This document shows, one piece after another, positions 14,106 through 27,696 of a stretch of DNA of 64,000 nt. A program made the position numbers and the translations under genes. The notes beneath the pieces were generated by a model. That model did not search any database and was not told the origin of the DNA. It saw only the letters and a list, made by a program, of their open reading frames with translations. The stretch spans positions 29,140,001 through 29,204,000 of the forward strand of contig NC_043009.1 of NCBI RefSeq assembly GCF_006345805.1. The letters run 5' to 3'. The DNA is from Octopus sinensis. Lineage: Eukaryota. Each line of letters opens with the position of its first letter. Position 1 is the first letter of the stretch.

Positions 14106-15237
14106 CTCACCTCTTCCTCCCAAATTCAAATTCTTTGATTTTTCTTTTTACTGATTTCCTTTTTTTAACTGGCAATGTTGTATGGTTTAGAAATGCATTT
14201 AGCAACCATATGGTTTTGGGTTCAATCTCATTGGGCAGAACCATACACAATTGCCTTCTACTATAACCCTCAGTTGACCAATGACTTGTGGATGGATTTG
14301 GTTGAGGGAAACTGTACGGAAGTGTGTGTGTGTTACATGTGGTGTGTATGTTACATGTGGTATGTATGTGTATATGTGGTGTGTGTGTTGCATGTGGTGT
14401 GTGTGCATGTGTGTACATGTGGTGTGTATGTGTATGGCTTTGTGTTTGTGTTTATGTGCCCCTACATCCACCTCTACTTGACAATTGACGTTGGTTTGTT
14501 TACATCACATAACTTATTGGTTTGACAAAGCAGATCAATAGAGTAAGTCCCTGACTTAAAACAAACAAACAAAACCCCCATAAGCCCTGGGTTTGACTTG
14601 ATAAACTCTGCCCTCCAAAGCAGTGTCCCCACATGGATGTATTCCAATGACTGAAACAAATAAACAATACAAGATAAAATAAATGAGAGCAGATTGGCAG
14701 AATTGGTAGAGCATCAGGAAAAATATTTCACAATAATGCTTACAGCTTTTTCAACTCTGAGTTCAAATCTCATCGGAGTTATCTTTTCATTTTTCTTTCT
14801 GAATAAACAAAACGAATTCCCAGTGAAATAATGAGATCAAATAATTCCTTCCACTGAATATTCTGGGTTTCTGCCTATGAGAAATTACTATTCTCTTGGT
14901 CACATTGCTGAAAACTGGTCCTTTGGGTTGGAATGCTCTACATATATACCCTTTTTCATTTTTTATCTTTTACTTGTTTCAATCATTTGACTGTGGCCAT
15001 ACTTCTTTCTTCTAAGCCTGATATATATTTTGTTGGTCTCTTCTGCTGAATTGCTAAGTTACAGGAGAGTAAACATACCAACACCAGTTGTCAAACGGTA
15101 GTGGAGGATCAACGCAGACAAAAGGACACACACACACACACACTCATACACACACTCATACACACACAGACACACACAGACACACACACACACATACACA
15201 CATGCATAGCTCTCTTGCTCTTTCTCTCTCTCTCTCT

Positions 15238-15304
<67 letters not shown>

Positions 15305-15307
<3 letters not shown>

Positions 15308-15655
15308 CTGTGTCCGTTTGCCAGCTCTGTCTGGCCCCCGTGTTGGTGGCACGTAAAAGCACCATCCGTTCGTGTCCGTTGCCAGCCTCGCCTGGCCCCG
15401 TGCCGGTGACACGTAAAAGCACCATCCGTTCGTGGCCGTTTGCCAGCTCTGTCTGGCACCTGTGCGGGTGGCACGTAAAAAGCACCCACTACACTCATGG
15501 AGTGGTTGGCGTTAGGAAGGGCATCCAGCCATAGAAGCACTGCCAGATCTGACTGGGCCTGATGAAGCCTTCCAGCTTCACAGACCCCAGTCGAACCGTC
15601 CAACCCATGCTAGCATGGAGAACGGACGCTAAATGATGATGATGATGATGATGAT
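15305..15655 (+). mobile_element. (GAT)n-tailed RTE-UTR-related retroposon with internal ~60-bp tandem repeats, nested in a SINE B
   Basis: Same 3' end as 49505-49893; GGCACGTAAAAGCACC occurs three times. Other copies at ~1705-1870(-), 23030-23270(-), 28190-28510(+), 31060-31360(+), 37200-37600(-), 48880-49200(-). Confidence 0.75.
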
Positions 15656-16397
15656 CTGTGTGTGTATATATATATTTATATATGATGGACATCTTTCAGT
15701 TTCCTTCTACCAAATCCACTCACAAGGCTTTGGTCAGTCCATGGCTATAGCAGAAGACACTTGCCCAAGGTGCCACTCAGTGGGATTGAACCCAGAACTA
15801 TGTGATTAGGAAGCAAGCTTCTTACCACGCAGCTATACTTGCCTTCATTCAGGACGTTCTTTAATTTCCAATCGTACAAAACGAACATTTTGTTTTTCGT
15901 TTCTGTCAGAATCTAAACTCTGACTGCAAATAAAAAGGTTAACTTGTCTAAAACATATCATGGAATTTTTCTCTTTCGTAATTTTTGTTATTTCATGCAA
16001 CAAGATAATATTTTTGTAAGAAATAAAATAAGAATTGGTAAGTATAAAGAAATTTCATAACTCCATCGTTTTACATGTTATTGTAGCGATATTAGTTTGT
16101 TTGTCTTGTGTTCTTGGAATTCTTTCTCCTCTTTGGAACTTAGTGTTTTACTTCCATATACTTGTGTTTAATCAGCTTTTTTTTTCTTCTGTTATTTCAA
16201 AGAATTTGGATTTAACATTAGATTCTTAAAGAAATTATGATTATGTCTTGATGGTATTTCAGAAAAAAAAAATGATACTTTAAATATCAAGATAAACTGT
16301 GACATTTACATTGCTGTTGTAGTTATTATGATTATTATTGTTATTATTATTGTTGTTGTCATTGATGTTGTTGTTGTTGTTATTATTATTATTGTTG

Positions 16398-16855
16398 AAT
16401 GAAACAGCAGTGCATACCATGAAAGTGACATTGGGGTAAAATATACGAAGTCCATCATGACTACCCATCTCATAAGGATACACCAAGTACTTGCATCACA
16501 ATGATATGTGTGTGACAGGGTGATCTCATATCAAGATTAACAGTGCATGACCTTGCTGGTGGGGCCCACTTAGAATTTTCTTCAGATCTAGTAGCCCATG
16601 CCACTCAAAAGATCCATGAATAAAGGTTGTTTAAGGTTGATGAACAAAACGCCCATGCTTCCAGAGGTGAATTATCCAAACCCCAAAGAATTCCTCTTAA
16701 CACATAGCTATAATTCTCCCCCACTACTACTTGTGATCAGAGATGCACATACCGTCATCTACTAAGGGACATGCGCAACTGGTTATGCTCAAACAACTGA
16801 CAAGCAGATCTGTGGTACTGAGCAGAATGTTTGCTGTAGGCCATCTTTTATACCA
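16398..16855. mobile_element. Probable interspersed repeat, unclassified, between (TTA/TTG)n and (TTA/CAT)n
   Basis: A 450-bp block of higher complexity bounded by triplet microsatellites. It is single-copy in this window and resembles an octopus repeat from recall only. Confidence 0.4.
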
Positions 16856-17117
16856 ATTATTATCATCATCATTATTATTATGAAGGTGGTGAGCTGCGGA
16901 ATCATTAGCCCGCTAGGCGAAGTGCTTAGCAGTATATTATCTACTGTTACATGCTGAGGTTAAATTCCACCAAGGTTGACTTTGTTTTCATCCTTTCGGG
17001 GTCAATGAAATAAGTACCAGTTACCTGCTGGAGTCAATGTAATTGATTATTTCCCTCCCACTCAAATTTCAGGCCTTGTCCCTTTAGTAGAAAGGATTAT
17101 TATTATTATCATTATTA

Positions 17118-17479
17118 GTTTTTCTTATTTTTTCAGTTTTGCTTCCAATTCTTGCTGAGTGTCTTCCCGACTCATAGGGCAAAGGAACTCACTGTATACA
17201 TTGATTGGCCATTTAACTAAATGCACAGATTGTTCATTTTCAAAAGGAAATGGCAATATTAGAAAAGAAAAAAGTTTTTAATATATGAGTAGTAATCATT
17301 TTCACATCGATACTGCTTGTCTGAATATGTGTGACATACCAGCTAAAACAATCTTTTGCACTTCTTGCATGGATGGTAGGCCAAGGATCATTCTCAAATA
17401 AGTTTCAGTTCCTTTTTTGATCATTTCAAGTGCTCTTACAATCACTAGCATTACAACTGCCTTGAGATACCACATTTTT

Positions 17480-17480
<1 letters not shown>
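17118..17480 (-). mobile_element. Older diverged copy of R4/Dong family A 3' end
   Basis: Aligns by eye to 9424-9780 (e.g. GAGTGTCTTCCCGACTC, ACAATCTTTTGCACTTCTTGCA, CTTGAGAT.CCACATTTT). Confidence 0.8.
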
Positions 17481-17509
<29 letters not shown>

Positions 17510-17510
<1 letters not shown>

Positions 17511-17703
17511 GTTTCTTTTTATCACAGGTTTTTTCTTTGAAGTCTTGGAGTCTTGCATGCATAGCAGGCTTGCTGCCTCCATGCTATCCATTCTTTTCAG
17601 GAATCTAATACTTTCCCTGATTATTGTGGCTGTAACAAGGAGGTAAGCCTTTTGTAACAGTTCTACTGGGCATTCTATTCCAATTTCCTTTATATTCCTC
17701 TTG
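17510..17703 (-). mobile_element. R4/Dong-like 3' end, a further family
   Basis: Minus strand reads IKEIGIECPVELLQKAYLLVTATIIR, resembling the QKxxLLGTAxIxR terminal motif; flanked by (CAT)n and (TTA)n. Confidence 0.6.
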
Positions 17704-17741
<38 letters not shown>

Positions 17742-18494
17742 CATCATCATCACCATCATTATTAGTACTATTATTATTATTATTATTATTGCTATTCAGT
17801 AGTCTTAATTTTTTCCCCTGCTTTCTCTGATTAGTGAGACTTGTTGGATACTTGTAGTTTTTACCTTCGATTTGGCATTTTCCGCTGCATTGAAATACCA
17901 GTATCTTATATATATGGAGTGACCGTGTAAGAGCCCTTCCTGCCCTTGTCATGCTCTTGGCATTCTGCTGCTCCACTTTTATGTTTGATGCTAGCTTTTT
18001 TTTGTTTTTTGTTATATTCTTTGTTCTTTCTTCTTTTCCCTTACAAGTAATTCTAACATCACTGTATTTTTTTTGTTTCCTTGGTTACAAAAAAGTGATT
18101 TTCATTTGTTTTGTTCCTGTTAGGTAGCTGTTTCTAATAATTTTCTATAGTTCTTTGTTAAAGAGTTTTGTTATTCAGTAGTAGATTCTTCATAATAGCA
18201 TTCTATTTGCAGATGGCTTCTACCTCACTGTAGTCATGGTAAATATAATTTTCCTACATCAGTTTTTTGGGATGGTGTATTCTAACACATGAATATGATA
18301 CTACATTTCTTAGCTTTAGTTGTTCAGGAAACAATCAACAATCAAACAATCATTTACATAAAAAGGGGGAAATATGTGGCACCTAATGTTTCGATGGTTT
18401 AATAAAACTGAATGAGGTTTAACAGTAGTGATGTGCAATATAATTGTACTCTCTACTGAGAATCAGGGTCACACACTGACAACTTTAAATATTT

Positions 18495-18957
18495 ATTTAC
18501 ATTATTTACATTTGATGGTTATTTATACTCATCTTGCTTGTTATTAAGAGGTTTTGGTTGATATACCCTCCAGCCTTCATCAAAAACTACCATAGCAATG
18601 AGAACCCAGGTTCAACATTTCCCCAAGATACCTGATGAAGGCTGGAGGGTATATCAGCCGAAACGTTGTGTTAACAAAAAACAAAATGAGGACAAATATC
18701 CGTCAAATGTAAATAATGTACATAATTCCTCATCTCTTAAATATAAAACTGAATAATAATAACATCGAAAAATACCTTAGGAATGAGAACCCAAGTTCAA
18801 AATTACTGCAAGACACCTGATGAAGGCTGGAGGGTATATCAGCTGAAACGTGTTAACAACAAACAAGATGAGGACAAATATCTGTCAAATTTAAATAATA
18901 TAAATAATGTAAATAATGTACATAAATTCTTATCTCTTAAATATAGAACTGTATTAT
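18495..18957 (+). mobile_element. Non-autonomous PLE-type hammerhead element, insertion 1: inverted 3' segment followed by two head-to-tail units
   Basis: Inverted copy 18495-18582; forward units ~18597-18751 and ~18752-18955; 12-bp TSD CTTTAAATATTT at 18483-18494 and 18958-18969. Confidence 0.85.
18627..18672 (+). ncRNA. Minimal type I hammerhead ribozyme (PLE type), core intact
   Basis: GATAC-CTGATGA-A-GGCTG-gagggtatat-CAGCC-GAAA-CG-TT-GTGTT: 5-bp stem II, stem I with G-U wobbles, and palindrome AACGTT in place of a full stem III. Confidence 0.78.
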
Positions 18958-19254
18958 CTTTAAATATTTCTAGGATAATCTTTAATTCTAAGAAGGAGCC
19001 TGTAAAATCCATTTTGTGTATTGATATAATCATGTGCCAATATATCTACAGGAAAAAAAACAGGGATATAAATCTTTCTTCATATAGTTCAATATAAACA
19101 TAGAAGGGTACATGTGTCAATAAGCCTAAAATATCTCAGCAACTATACAGGTATAACAATGCAGGTAGATTTGTATGTGAGACATATATATATATACAGG
19201 AGAGAGAGAGAGTGCAGAGTGGATAAATTTTATGGTGCTTAAACACAAACTGAT

Positions 19255-19965
19255 TATGTGTGTGTATATGTGTAACCCGTGGCCTTTACAAGGGATGTAG
19301 CCAGCCCACTTATGCATACCTCTCCTTCTTTGGACACAAAACTCTGCTTGCAAAGACCTGTTGAGGCAAGTGAAATTAAAATTGAATTCGAAATTGAACC
19401 AAATTCGACGACTGGCACCCATGCCAACCTCCCTTCATTGGACACTAATCTCTGCTTGTAAAGACCTGTTGGGGCAAGTGAAATCGAAATTAAACCAAAT
19501 TCGATGACTGGCACCCATGCCAGTGGAGTGCTGACAGATCCATCTGAGTGGGATCACTGCCAGAGCAGCTGTCTGGCTTCCATGCTGGTGGGTACATAAA
19601 AAGCACCATCTGAGCATGATCATTACCAACATTGCATTACTGTACTTGTGCCGGTGACATGTGAACAAAACATTTGAGTGAGGTCGTTGCCAGTGTCACT
19701 GGACTGACTCCTGTGCAGGTGGCACGTAAAAAACACAATTTTGAGCTTGGCTGTTGCTAGTACCGCCAGACTGGCCCTCGTGCAGGTGGCACGTAAAAGC
19801 ACCCACTACACTCTCAGAGTGGTTGGCGTTAGGAAGGGCATCCAGCTGTAGAAACTCTGCCAGATCAGATTAGAGCCTGGCACAGCCATATTGCTTGCCA
19901 AATCGTTCAACCCATGCTAGCATGGAAAACGGACGTTAAACAATGATGATTATGATGATGATGAT
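19255..19965 (+). mobile_element. Longer copy of the (GAT)n-tailed retroposon with an internal ~110-bp duplication
   Basis: TTGGACAC..A.CTCTGCTTG.AAAGACCTGTTG.GGCAAGTGAAAT occurs twice; shared 3' end and GAT tail. Confidence 0.7.
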
Positions 19966-21263
19966 ATAAATATATATATATGTATATATAAATAACTATC
20001 TATCTATATATATATGTATATAATTATATATGTATATATTATGTATATATATGTATGTATGTATATGCATATATGTATATATATACTCACAGTCACACAC
20101 ACACACACACAAATATATGTATCTATATATAGCTAAAGAGAGGAAAAAGGAATGTTTGCTTCAGGAAATATTAAAAAAAAACAAGAACAAAATACAACTA
20201 CAATGTAAATAAACGTAAACAAATTGTGGAAAAAAAAAATGGTAAGTAGTAAGAACTGACTTTGACAGATTGCAATCTATTGGATCCTGAAGAAGTAAAG
20301 GATCAAGACCATTTCTTTGTTGCTGGGGTCAGCTCCATCAGAATCGATTGGAAGCAAAGATCAAGTTTATCTCCCAAGGATTTCAAAAGCCATTGTTGCA
20401 TTCAGTTCTTTTACTGTAAATGTAAAACAATAACATGATTGATTGAAATGTGGATATTGGAAGTGTTGATTCAACCTAGCCTGGCCTTGCTTAAAACCTT
20501 ACACCAGAAGCTTCCAAAACAACACCATTAACCAATATCTCCACCACCACCACCGCCACCAGATACACCAGCGGAGAAAGAACAGTCAGAGTAACACCCC
20601 ACATCAACAACCCCACCGCAACCTTTGTTACTAGCGAGCCAACAACAAGAGCACCGCCACCTATCCTCCTCCACCACTACCACCATCAATGCAGCTACAA
20701 CCACCACCACCATTACCACCACAACCACCAACACCAACACCACCACAACCATCACCACAGCTACTACTGCCATCATATTGCCATTGGTGTACCACCACCA
20801 CCACCACAATCACCATCCCCAGTAGCAACACCACCACCATCAGCACAGACACCACCACCACTATTAGAATTAGTGCAAAGCTGTATATTTAGCCCCAGTA
20901 AATCCCCTTTCATCCTCCACCATCTCCAAATCCTTGAGGCCCTTATTTTGGTTATTATCCTAATGCTGAATTTTAGTCATTTTAGCCTGGCTGCCTTACA
21001 AGAAGTAAGAGATGGGTTGACCCCAGTCTGATATTTCAGGCCATTGTCTTAAGCTTTGTGTAGTTTCCAGTATTTAAAGAAGAAGAAAAAAAACAAGTGA
21101 AAGAAAAACAAAAAGGGAAAAAAGTGACACAAAAAAGCAGTAAAAAATAAAAGAAAACAACAACAACAAAGGAAAATGAAAGATGAATGAAACGCTTTCT
21201 TGAGTAAACTACATTACACACACACAACACACACACATCAATCTCTCTCACTTTCTCTCTTTC

Positions 21264-21325
<62 letters not shown>

Positions 21326-21547
21326 GAGAGAGAGAGAGAGAGAGAGAAAAGGGTGAGAGAAAGAGAGAGATAGACAGATATAGATATATATATATCTTTG
21401 CTTATATATGTATATATATACATATATACATATATATATATATAGGGAGAGAGATTTTTCAACATTTATCATTTCTGTTGTATATATATACTTTCTCATA
21501 TACATATGTATATATAATTTATTATATATACATCTCATGTCGTCTGT

Positions 21548-21604
<57 letters not shown>

Positions 21605-23717
21605 ATATAATATGTAATTATATATATGTATACATATGTAATTATATATATGTATATTTATGCATATACAGTAATATATAAAATATATATGTATTTATTA
21701 TTTAAATGGGTGCATATATATTTATATATAAATACATCCATTTATATATATATACATACACAGACATTAAACAAGTGTGAGAGGTTAATAGTGGCCCTAT
21801 AAGTCATTGATAGATGGTTTAAAATCTATATCTGATTTATCACTATCTCTTGGCTATTAATCTGTACACCCACAAGTATTCCATTGTGTGCATGCATACG
21901 CAAACAGACAGACACAAAGATATATATATATTAGCACACATGTATGTATGTAAATGTGTGCACACATTCACGTAATATGTGTGTTAGCGTATATATGTGT
22001 GTGTGTGTTTATGTAAACAGACAGCATAAATTCAATAAAGTGCATTCCATTGAGTTACATTACGTGTGTGTGTGTGAGTGTGTGAATACATACATATATA
22101 TGCATGTATATGTGTGTATGTGTGTGTGTTGTGTATACATGCATATACATATATAAGTACATACACACTCCTACATACATATTTACATATATATGTATAT
22201 ATACATATGTCTATATCTATCTCTCTCAAAATATACGCATGTATATCTATATCTCCATATATGTGTGTGTTTATATATATATATACATACATATATATAC
22301 ACACACACACATGCTCACATATACTTATAGTGCATGCATACCTACATTTATTTATTGACATTTATGTATATAAACACTCATAACGATTGTACAGAGATGA
22401 ACCAATACACACACAAACACACACACACATGCACGTGTGCTCACATATATACACACAGTCATATAAATATATAAACAATAAAATATAATGAAAATGGAAT
22501 AACGACTATAAATCAATCAAAATATACATATTAAAATAAATATATATTTTTCCTAAGACATAATTATGTTTCTGGTAGACATAGATACATAAATATATGC
22601 ATACATATGTTGCCTTCATAAGCAGGCGAAAGAAAAATGAACAAGAAAACAAAACAAACCAACTAAAAACAGGAAGTTATTTGAAAGATACTCATTTTAT
22701 ATAACATTGTAGCAGCAAAAAAGGAAAAAAAAATGCGATACCAAGTTATTTCATGACCAATGCTGAAATGTTGCTAATTCAGCTTATTTTATGTAATATA
22801 TCGGGTTTGTTTTATGTTAACAATAAGTCTATATACGAAGCTACCATCATCATCATCATCAAGATCATCACTGTCATCATCATCGCTATTGTTGTTGCTG
22901 TCATCATCATCATTGTCATCATCAGTATTATCATCATCATTGTCATCATTATCATCATCATTGTGAGCATCATCATTATTCATCATCGTCATTGCCATCG
23001 TCATTATCATCGTCATTATCATCATCATCATCTTTTAATATCTGGTTTTCCATTCTTGCATGGCTCAGATGGAATTTGTTGTGACAGATTTTTCTCTGTC
23101 TGAATGCCCTTCCTGTCACCAACCTTCACCTGTTTTTCAGACAATGTAATATTTCCCCTCTCATAAGATGATATACATTTTCACTGAAGACTGGAAATGA
23201 AGGCAACTGCTTGTTTAATGGTACCAGCACTCATCTACAACTATCACATGATGACATGACAAGAAGGCATTCACATACACACACACACACACACACATGC
23301 ATGCACTCACACACACATGCATGCACTCACACACACATGCACATTTATATATGATTGACTTTTTTCACTTCCCTTCTACAAAATTCACTCAGAAGGCTTT
23401 GGTCTGCTCAGGATTGTAGAAACAAACTGTTGTCATTCTATTTTCAATAAATTTTATTAATGGTCTAGCTATGTCTGTGATGAAACAAATCTTGTGTCTA
23501 GGAAGGATCATTACACCAATAATAATTGAACCAATTGACTATCAGTAAAGAAGTGATGTTGAACCAGTGCATGTGTTATTATTGTTGGTGCAATGACCCT
23601 CCTACTATACACCAATAAACATATATATTTAACTGAAAAAATTGGAGTCCAAAGAAGGAGTACGTTTGGACATTTATCATTTATTTTTTAATCACTACAA
23701 TTGATTCTGCACTACAT

Positions 23718-23748
<31 letters not shown>

Positions 23749-23795
23749 CACACACACATGCACACATATATATATCTATATATATATATATATAT

Positions 23796-24556
23796 GCATA
23801 TATGGGTACAGGTCATCACAAAATGTAAACAACATGAAATACGAAATATGACCACATGAGGAAAAGAAAGATGGACGGTAGTCATGTGTGAGTAACGAGA
23901 GGGAGTATAGGTGAAAGAGGGAGAGAGAGAGAGAGAGAGGGATAGAAAATGGTGAAGGGGAGAAAATGGATTAGAGAAAGGCAGAGAGAGGAAAGGAAAG
24001 GGGTAGAGAGAGAGAGAACAGTACAGGGTAGAGCTGCATCAAAATTAATAATAATTCTTGTTGCTCACACGTGACCATTGTTCATCTTTCTTTTTCCCAC
24101 GTGGTCATCTTTCTTTTCTTTCAGTATGTTTTACAGACTAGATGCATTCTTATCCCTCTACTCTTCTGTCTTTTCTCTTGTCAAAGACAATATTCCTCAG
24201 CATTCGCTACCTCACCTCGTCTGGCTTAACGGCCCTCCTTGTTTGTTTTTGTTTGGTTTGTTGTGTGTCTCCACTGTCCTGTTTTTGTTACCAGCTTTGA
24301 CCCTCTGCAAATCCCAAATTTTATTTTGGTTCGTGGGAGCAACTGTCTTTTTGAAGCCTCATATTATTGTTAATTGCTTGAAATGTGGAGTAGATGGACA
24401 GCCAACAACTAATGAAGGGGCGTTTTTTAATGTTACTTGTCTTGTTTGACATTTGTTTCTCTCATTGTTTATATACTAAAGTTTGTCTTTGTATTCCATG
24501 ATGTTTTCGTATTTCATGATGTTCATGATTTGCAATGTCCTGTACCCATATATGTG
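23796..24556. mobile_element. Element with two pairs of inverted segments, lying in (TA)n (PLE-terminus-like or MITE)
   Basis: 23796-23850 is inverted to 24500-24556 (ATATGGGTACAGG / CCTGTACCCATAT). 23848-23900 is inverted to 24057-24108. A related piece lies at 58920-59035. Confidence 0.55.
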
Positions 24557-24615
24557 TATACATATATACATATATATATATATATATGTATGTAAATATA
24601 TATACACACCATACT

Positions 24616-24858
24616 AATCATATCTGTCAGGCATGTGGAAGACAGTGTAATTCGGCAGGAGGACTTAAATGACATGCAAAGCTACATGAAGCCCAGTTAC
24701 AACTACAGCCGGCTATTACTGGTAAAGGTATTAGTTGCCAATTCTGTACAAGACATTGTAGATCTTTAGCTGGGCTAAAAAGTCACATTCGATCACAGCA
24801 CCAATAACAGTTAAGCTTCGTGCAATGGCCATACTCAATAACGAGGAGGCAGCCATCA
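24616..24858 (+). mobile_element. RTE/BovB-like LINE 3' end encoding two C-terminal C2H2 fingers
   Basis: HICQACGRQCNSAGGLK*HAKLH...CQFCTRHCRSLAGLKSHIRSQHQ*; short 3' UTR, then (AT)n. Confidence 0.7.
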
Positions 24859-24880
24859 TATATATATATATATATATATA

Positions 24881-25247
24881 GTGCCACTCCATTGGTTACG
24901 GCATCAAGGGTTCCAGTTGATCCAATCAACGGAACAGCCTGCTCGTGAAATTAACGTGTAAGTGGCTGAGCACTCTACAGACACGTGTACCCTTAATGTA
25001 GTTCTTGGGGAGGTTCAGTGTGACATGGCTGACCCTTTGAAATACAGGTATAACCGAAACAGAAAGAAAGAGTGAAAGAAAGTTGTGGTGAAAGAATACA
25101 GTAGGGTTCACCACCATCCCCTGCTGGAACTGCGTAGAGCTTTTTAGGTTTTTTCACTCAATAAACACTCACAGCATCCGGTCTGGGAATAGAAACTGTG
25201 ACCCCACGAGCACAAGGATACTGCCCTGACTACACTGCACCTCCACA
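24881..25247 (-). mobile_element. tRNA-derived SINE family D
   Basis: Head GTGGAGGTGCAG..TAGTCAGGG...GGTTTCTATTCCCAGACCGG; body AAGGGTACACGTGTCTGT.GAGTGCTCAGCCACTT. Related copies or heads at 31775-32030, 32280-32585, 43190-43410 and 54338-54600 (+). Confidence 0.78.
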
Positions 25248-25287
25248 TAAATACACACACACACACACACAGATAGATAGATAGATT

Positions 25288-25356
<69 letters not shown>

Positions 25357-25828
25357 GATGCATAGATAGATATACATAAATATAAACATATATATAATTA
25401 TACATATATATATATATACTTGTGTGTGTGTGTGTGTGTGTCTGAAAGTAGTTTTACATGTATGTACACATGCTTATCCATATTGGTGCATCTGTAGTAG
25501 TGGGCATAGAATATAGGTTTCCTAGGTAACCAAACTTATTGAAAACTTTGAAGGAATTATCCCCCGAAAAATCTATAGATTCAGCCCCATAGGTGCTCAA
25601 GCTATTAGATGCATCAGTTCATTTTGTGCACTCAAAGTGTTGATTCTTTGTCAATGCACCTGAGATACACTGTATCACTGCTGTCGTTGAATGCATTTTA
25701 TATATTTGAATGTATATTTACATATGCATCGTAAATTTTGTTCATATGTACGTATATGTCTGTGTGTGTGTGTGCATTAATGAGAATGCATGTATAAATG
25801 TTATATGTTGACATATGCTGAATGTGTG

Positions 25829-25861
<33 letters not shown>

Positions 25862-26038
25862 ATATGAGTGCATATGATAGGTAATGGGTAAATATGCCTA
25901 CATTCTATACATACAACACTATATGCACATGTAGACGCACACATATGTATGTGTGTAAATATATACACAAATTGATATACATATATGCATATACATATAT
26001 ACATACATATATGTATATGTACATACATACATGTATAT

Positions 26039-26100
<62 letters not shown>

Positions 26101-26839
26101 TATACATAATCTGTTTGACATGAATGTATTATAAATATACACATATGTATATGTATGTATGTATGTATTCTGCATGCGTTTGTTTGTAACACAGAATATA
26201 TATATATGCGTGTGCGTGCATTTGTAAGTATATATATATCTATATATATATATATAATATATATATATATATAATATATACAGGTCCTGTATATGTGTGT
26301 AGGTGTGTGTGTGTAAATATATATGATGCCACTTTAGCATGTGAGTGTGTGTTGTGTATGCATGTATGCCTGATACAGTGAGTGCATCTAATATGTGCAT
26401 GAATTGAGCATATAAATGCGTAAACATTTGTGCATCCAAGTCTGGCAATATATCCTTACGTTCTTCATTGCTGTTTTATTTATTTAATGGATGTATGCAG
26501 CCAACCTGAAGTAACCTCTAATAGTTTTCAGCTGTCAGTGTCATAAACCAGTGTTAACTTGATAACACCACAACTGTCTTTTAATAAATTCAACCAGTAT
26601 GTTTTATATGTAAGCTTGTGGATAGTCTTGTTTTGCTCTGTGTATATGATATATATGTATGTGTGTGTGTGCATAAACACACACACATACATATATATAT
26701 CATATATCACACACACACATACATATATATATCATATATCACACACACACACACATACATATATATATCATATATATCATACACACACATATGTGTATCA
26801 TCTAACTATTTATTTTACTCTCTTCTTCATCTCTTTCTC

Positions 26840-26878
26840 TCTCTATATCTATCTATATATCTATCTATCCATCTATCC

Positions 26879-26956
<78 letters not shown>

Positions 26957-26965
26957 ATTCTATCT

Positions 26966-27043
<78 letters not shown>

Positions 27044-27118
27044 CATCTATCTATCTATCCATCTATCCATCTATCTATCTATCTTGCTATCTATCTATCT
27101 TGCTATCTATCTATCTTG

Positions 27119-27167
<49 letters not shown>

Positions 27168-27182
27168 CATCTATCTATCTTG

Positions 27183-27213
<31 letters not shown>
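26840..27213. repeat. (TATC)n microsatellite
   Basis: Directly visible. Confidence 0.96.
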
Positions 27214-27302
27214 GGAATGAATACTTGTGTTTACAAGCAAACATATATATCCACATACATACACACACATATATGTATCATCTGACTGTTTATCTGCCTG
27301 TT

Positions 27303-27347
<45 letters not shown>

Positions 27348-27656
27348 GAATAAATATTTGTGTATACAAGCAAACATGCATATACACATACATACACACA
27401 CATATATACACACGTATGTATATTTATATATATATATATTTAGTTTTATATATACATACATGCATGCATATATATGTATATAAGACTCTTTAACTCTTCA
27501 ACTAGTTTCAGCTGGAGCACCACCAATATACACATACATTGTTTTATGTCAGACATATGAGAGAGAACTCAAAACTAAATTTAAAAACAACATATTTTTT
27601 ATTATTGAAACTGAAAATGAGTTTCTCTCATAACTCAAGTTCTACACAATTAAGAT

Positions 27657-27696
27657 CTCACCTGAAGATTGCCTTGGCATGAAACTTGTGTCATGA
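27657..27696 (+). ncRNA. Degenerate minimal hammerhead motif
   Basis: TCAC-CTGAAGA-tTGCC-tt-GGCAt-GAAA-CttgtG-TC-ATGA; stem I has one mismatch. Confidence 0.5.

Noticed and set aside
24619-24807. Host C2H2 zinc-finger gene exon
   Set aside because: It has an internal stop, no TGEKP linkers or splice context, and a LINE-like 3' end; better explained as an RTE/BovB C-terminus.
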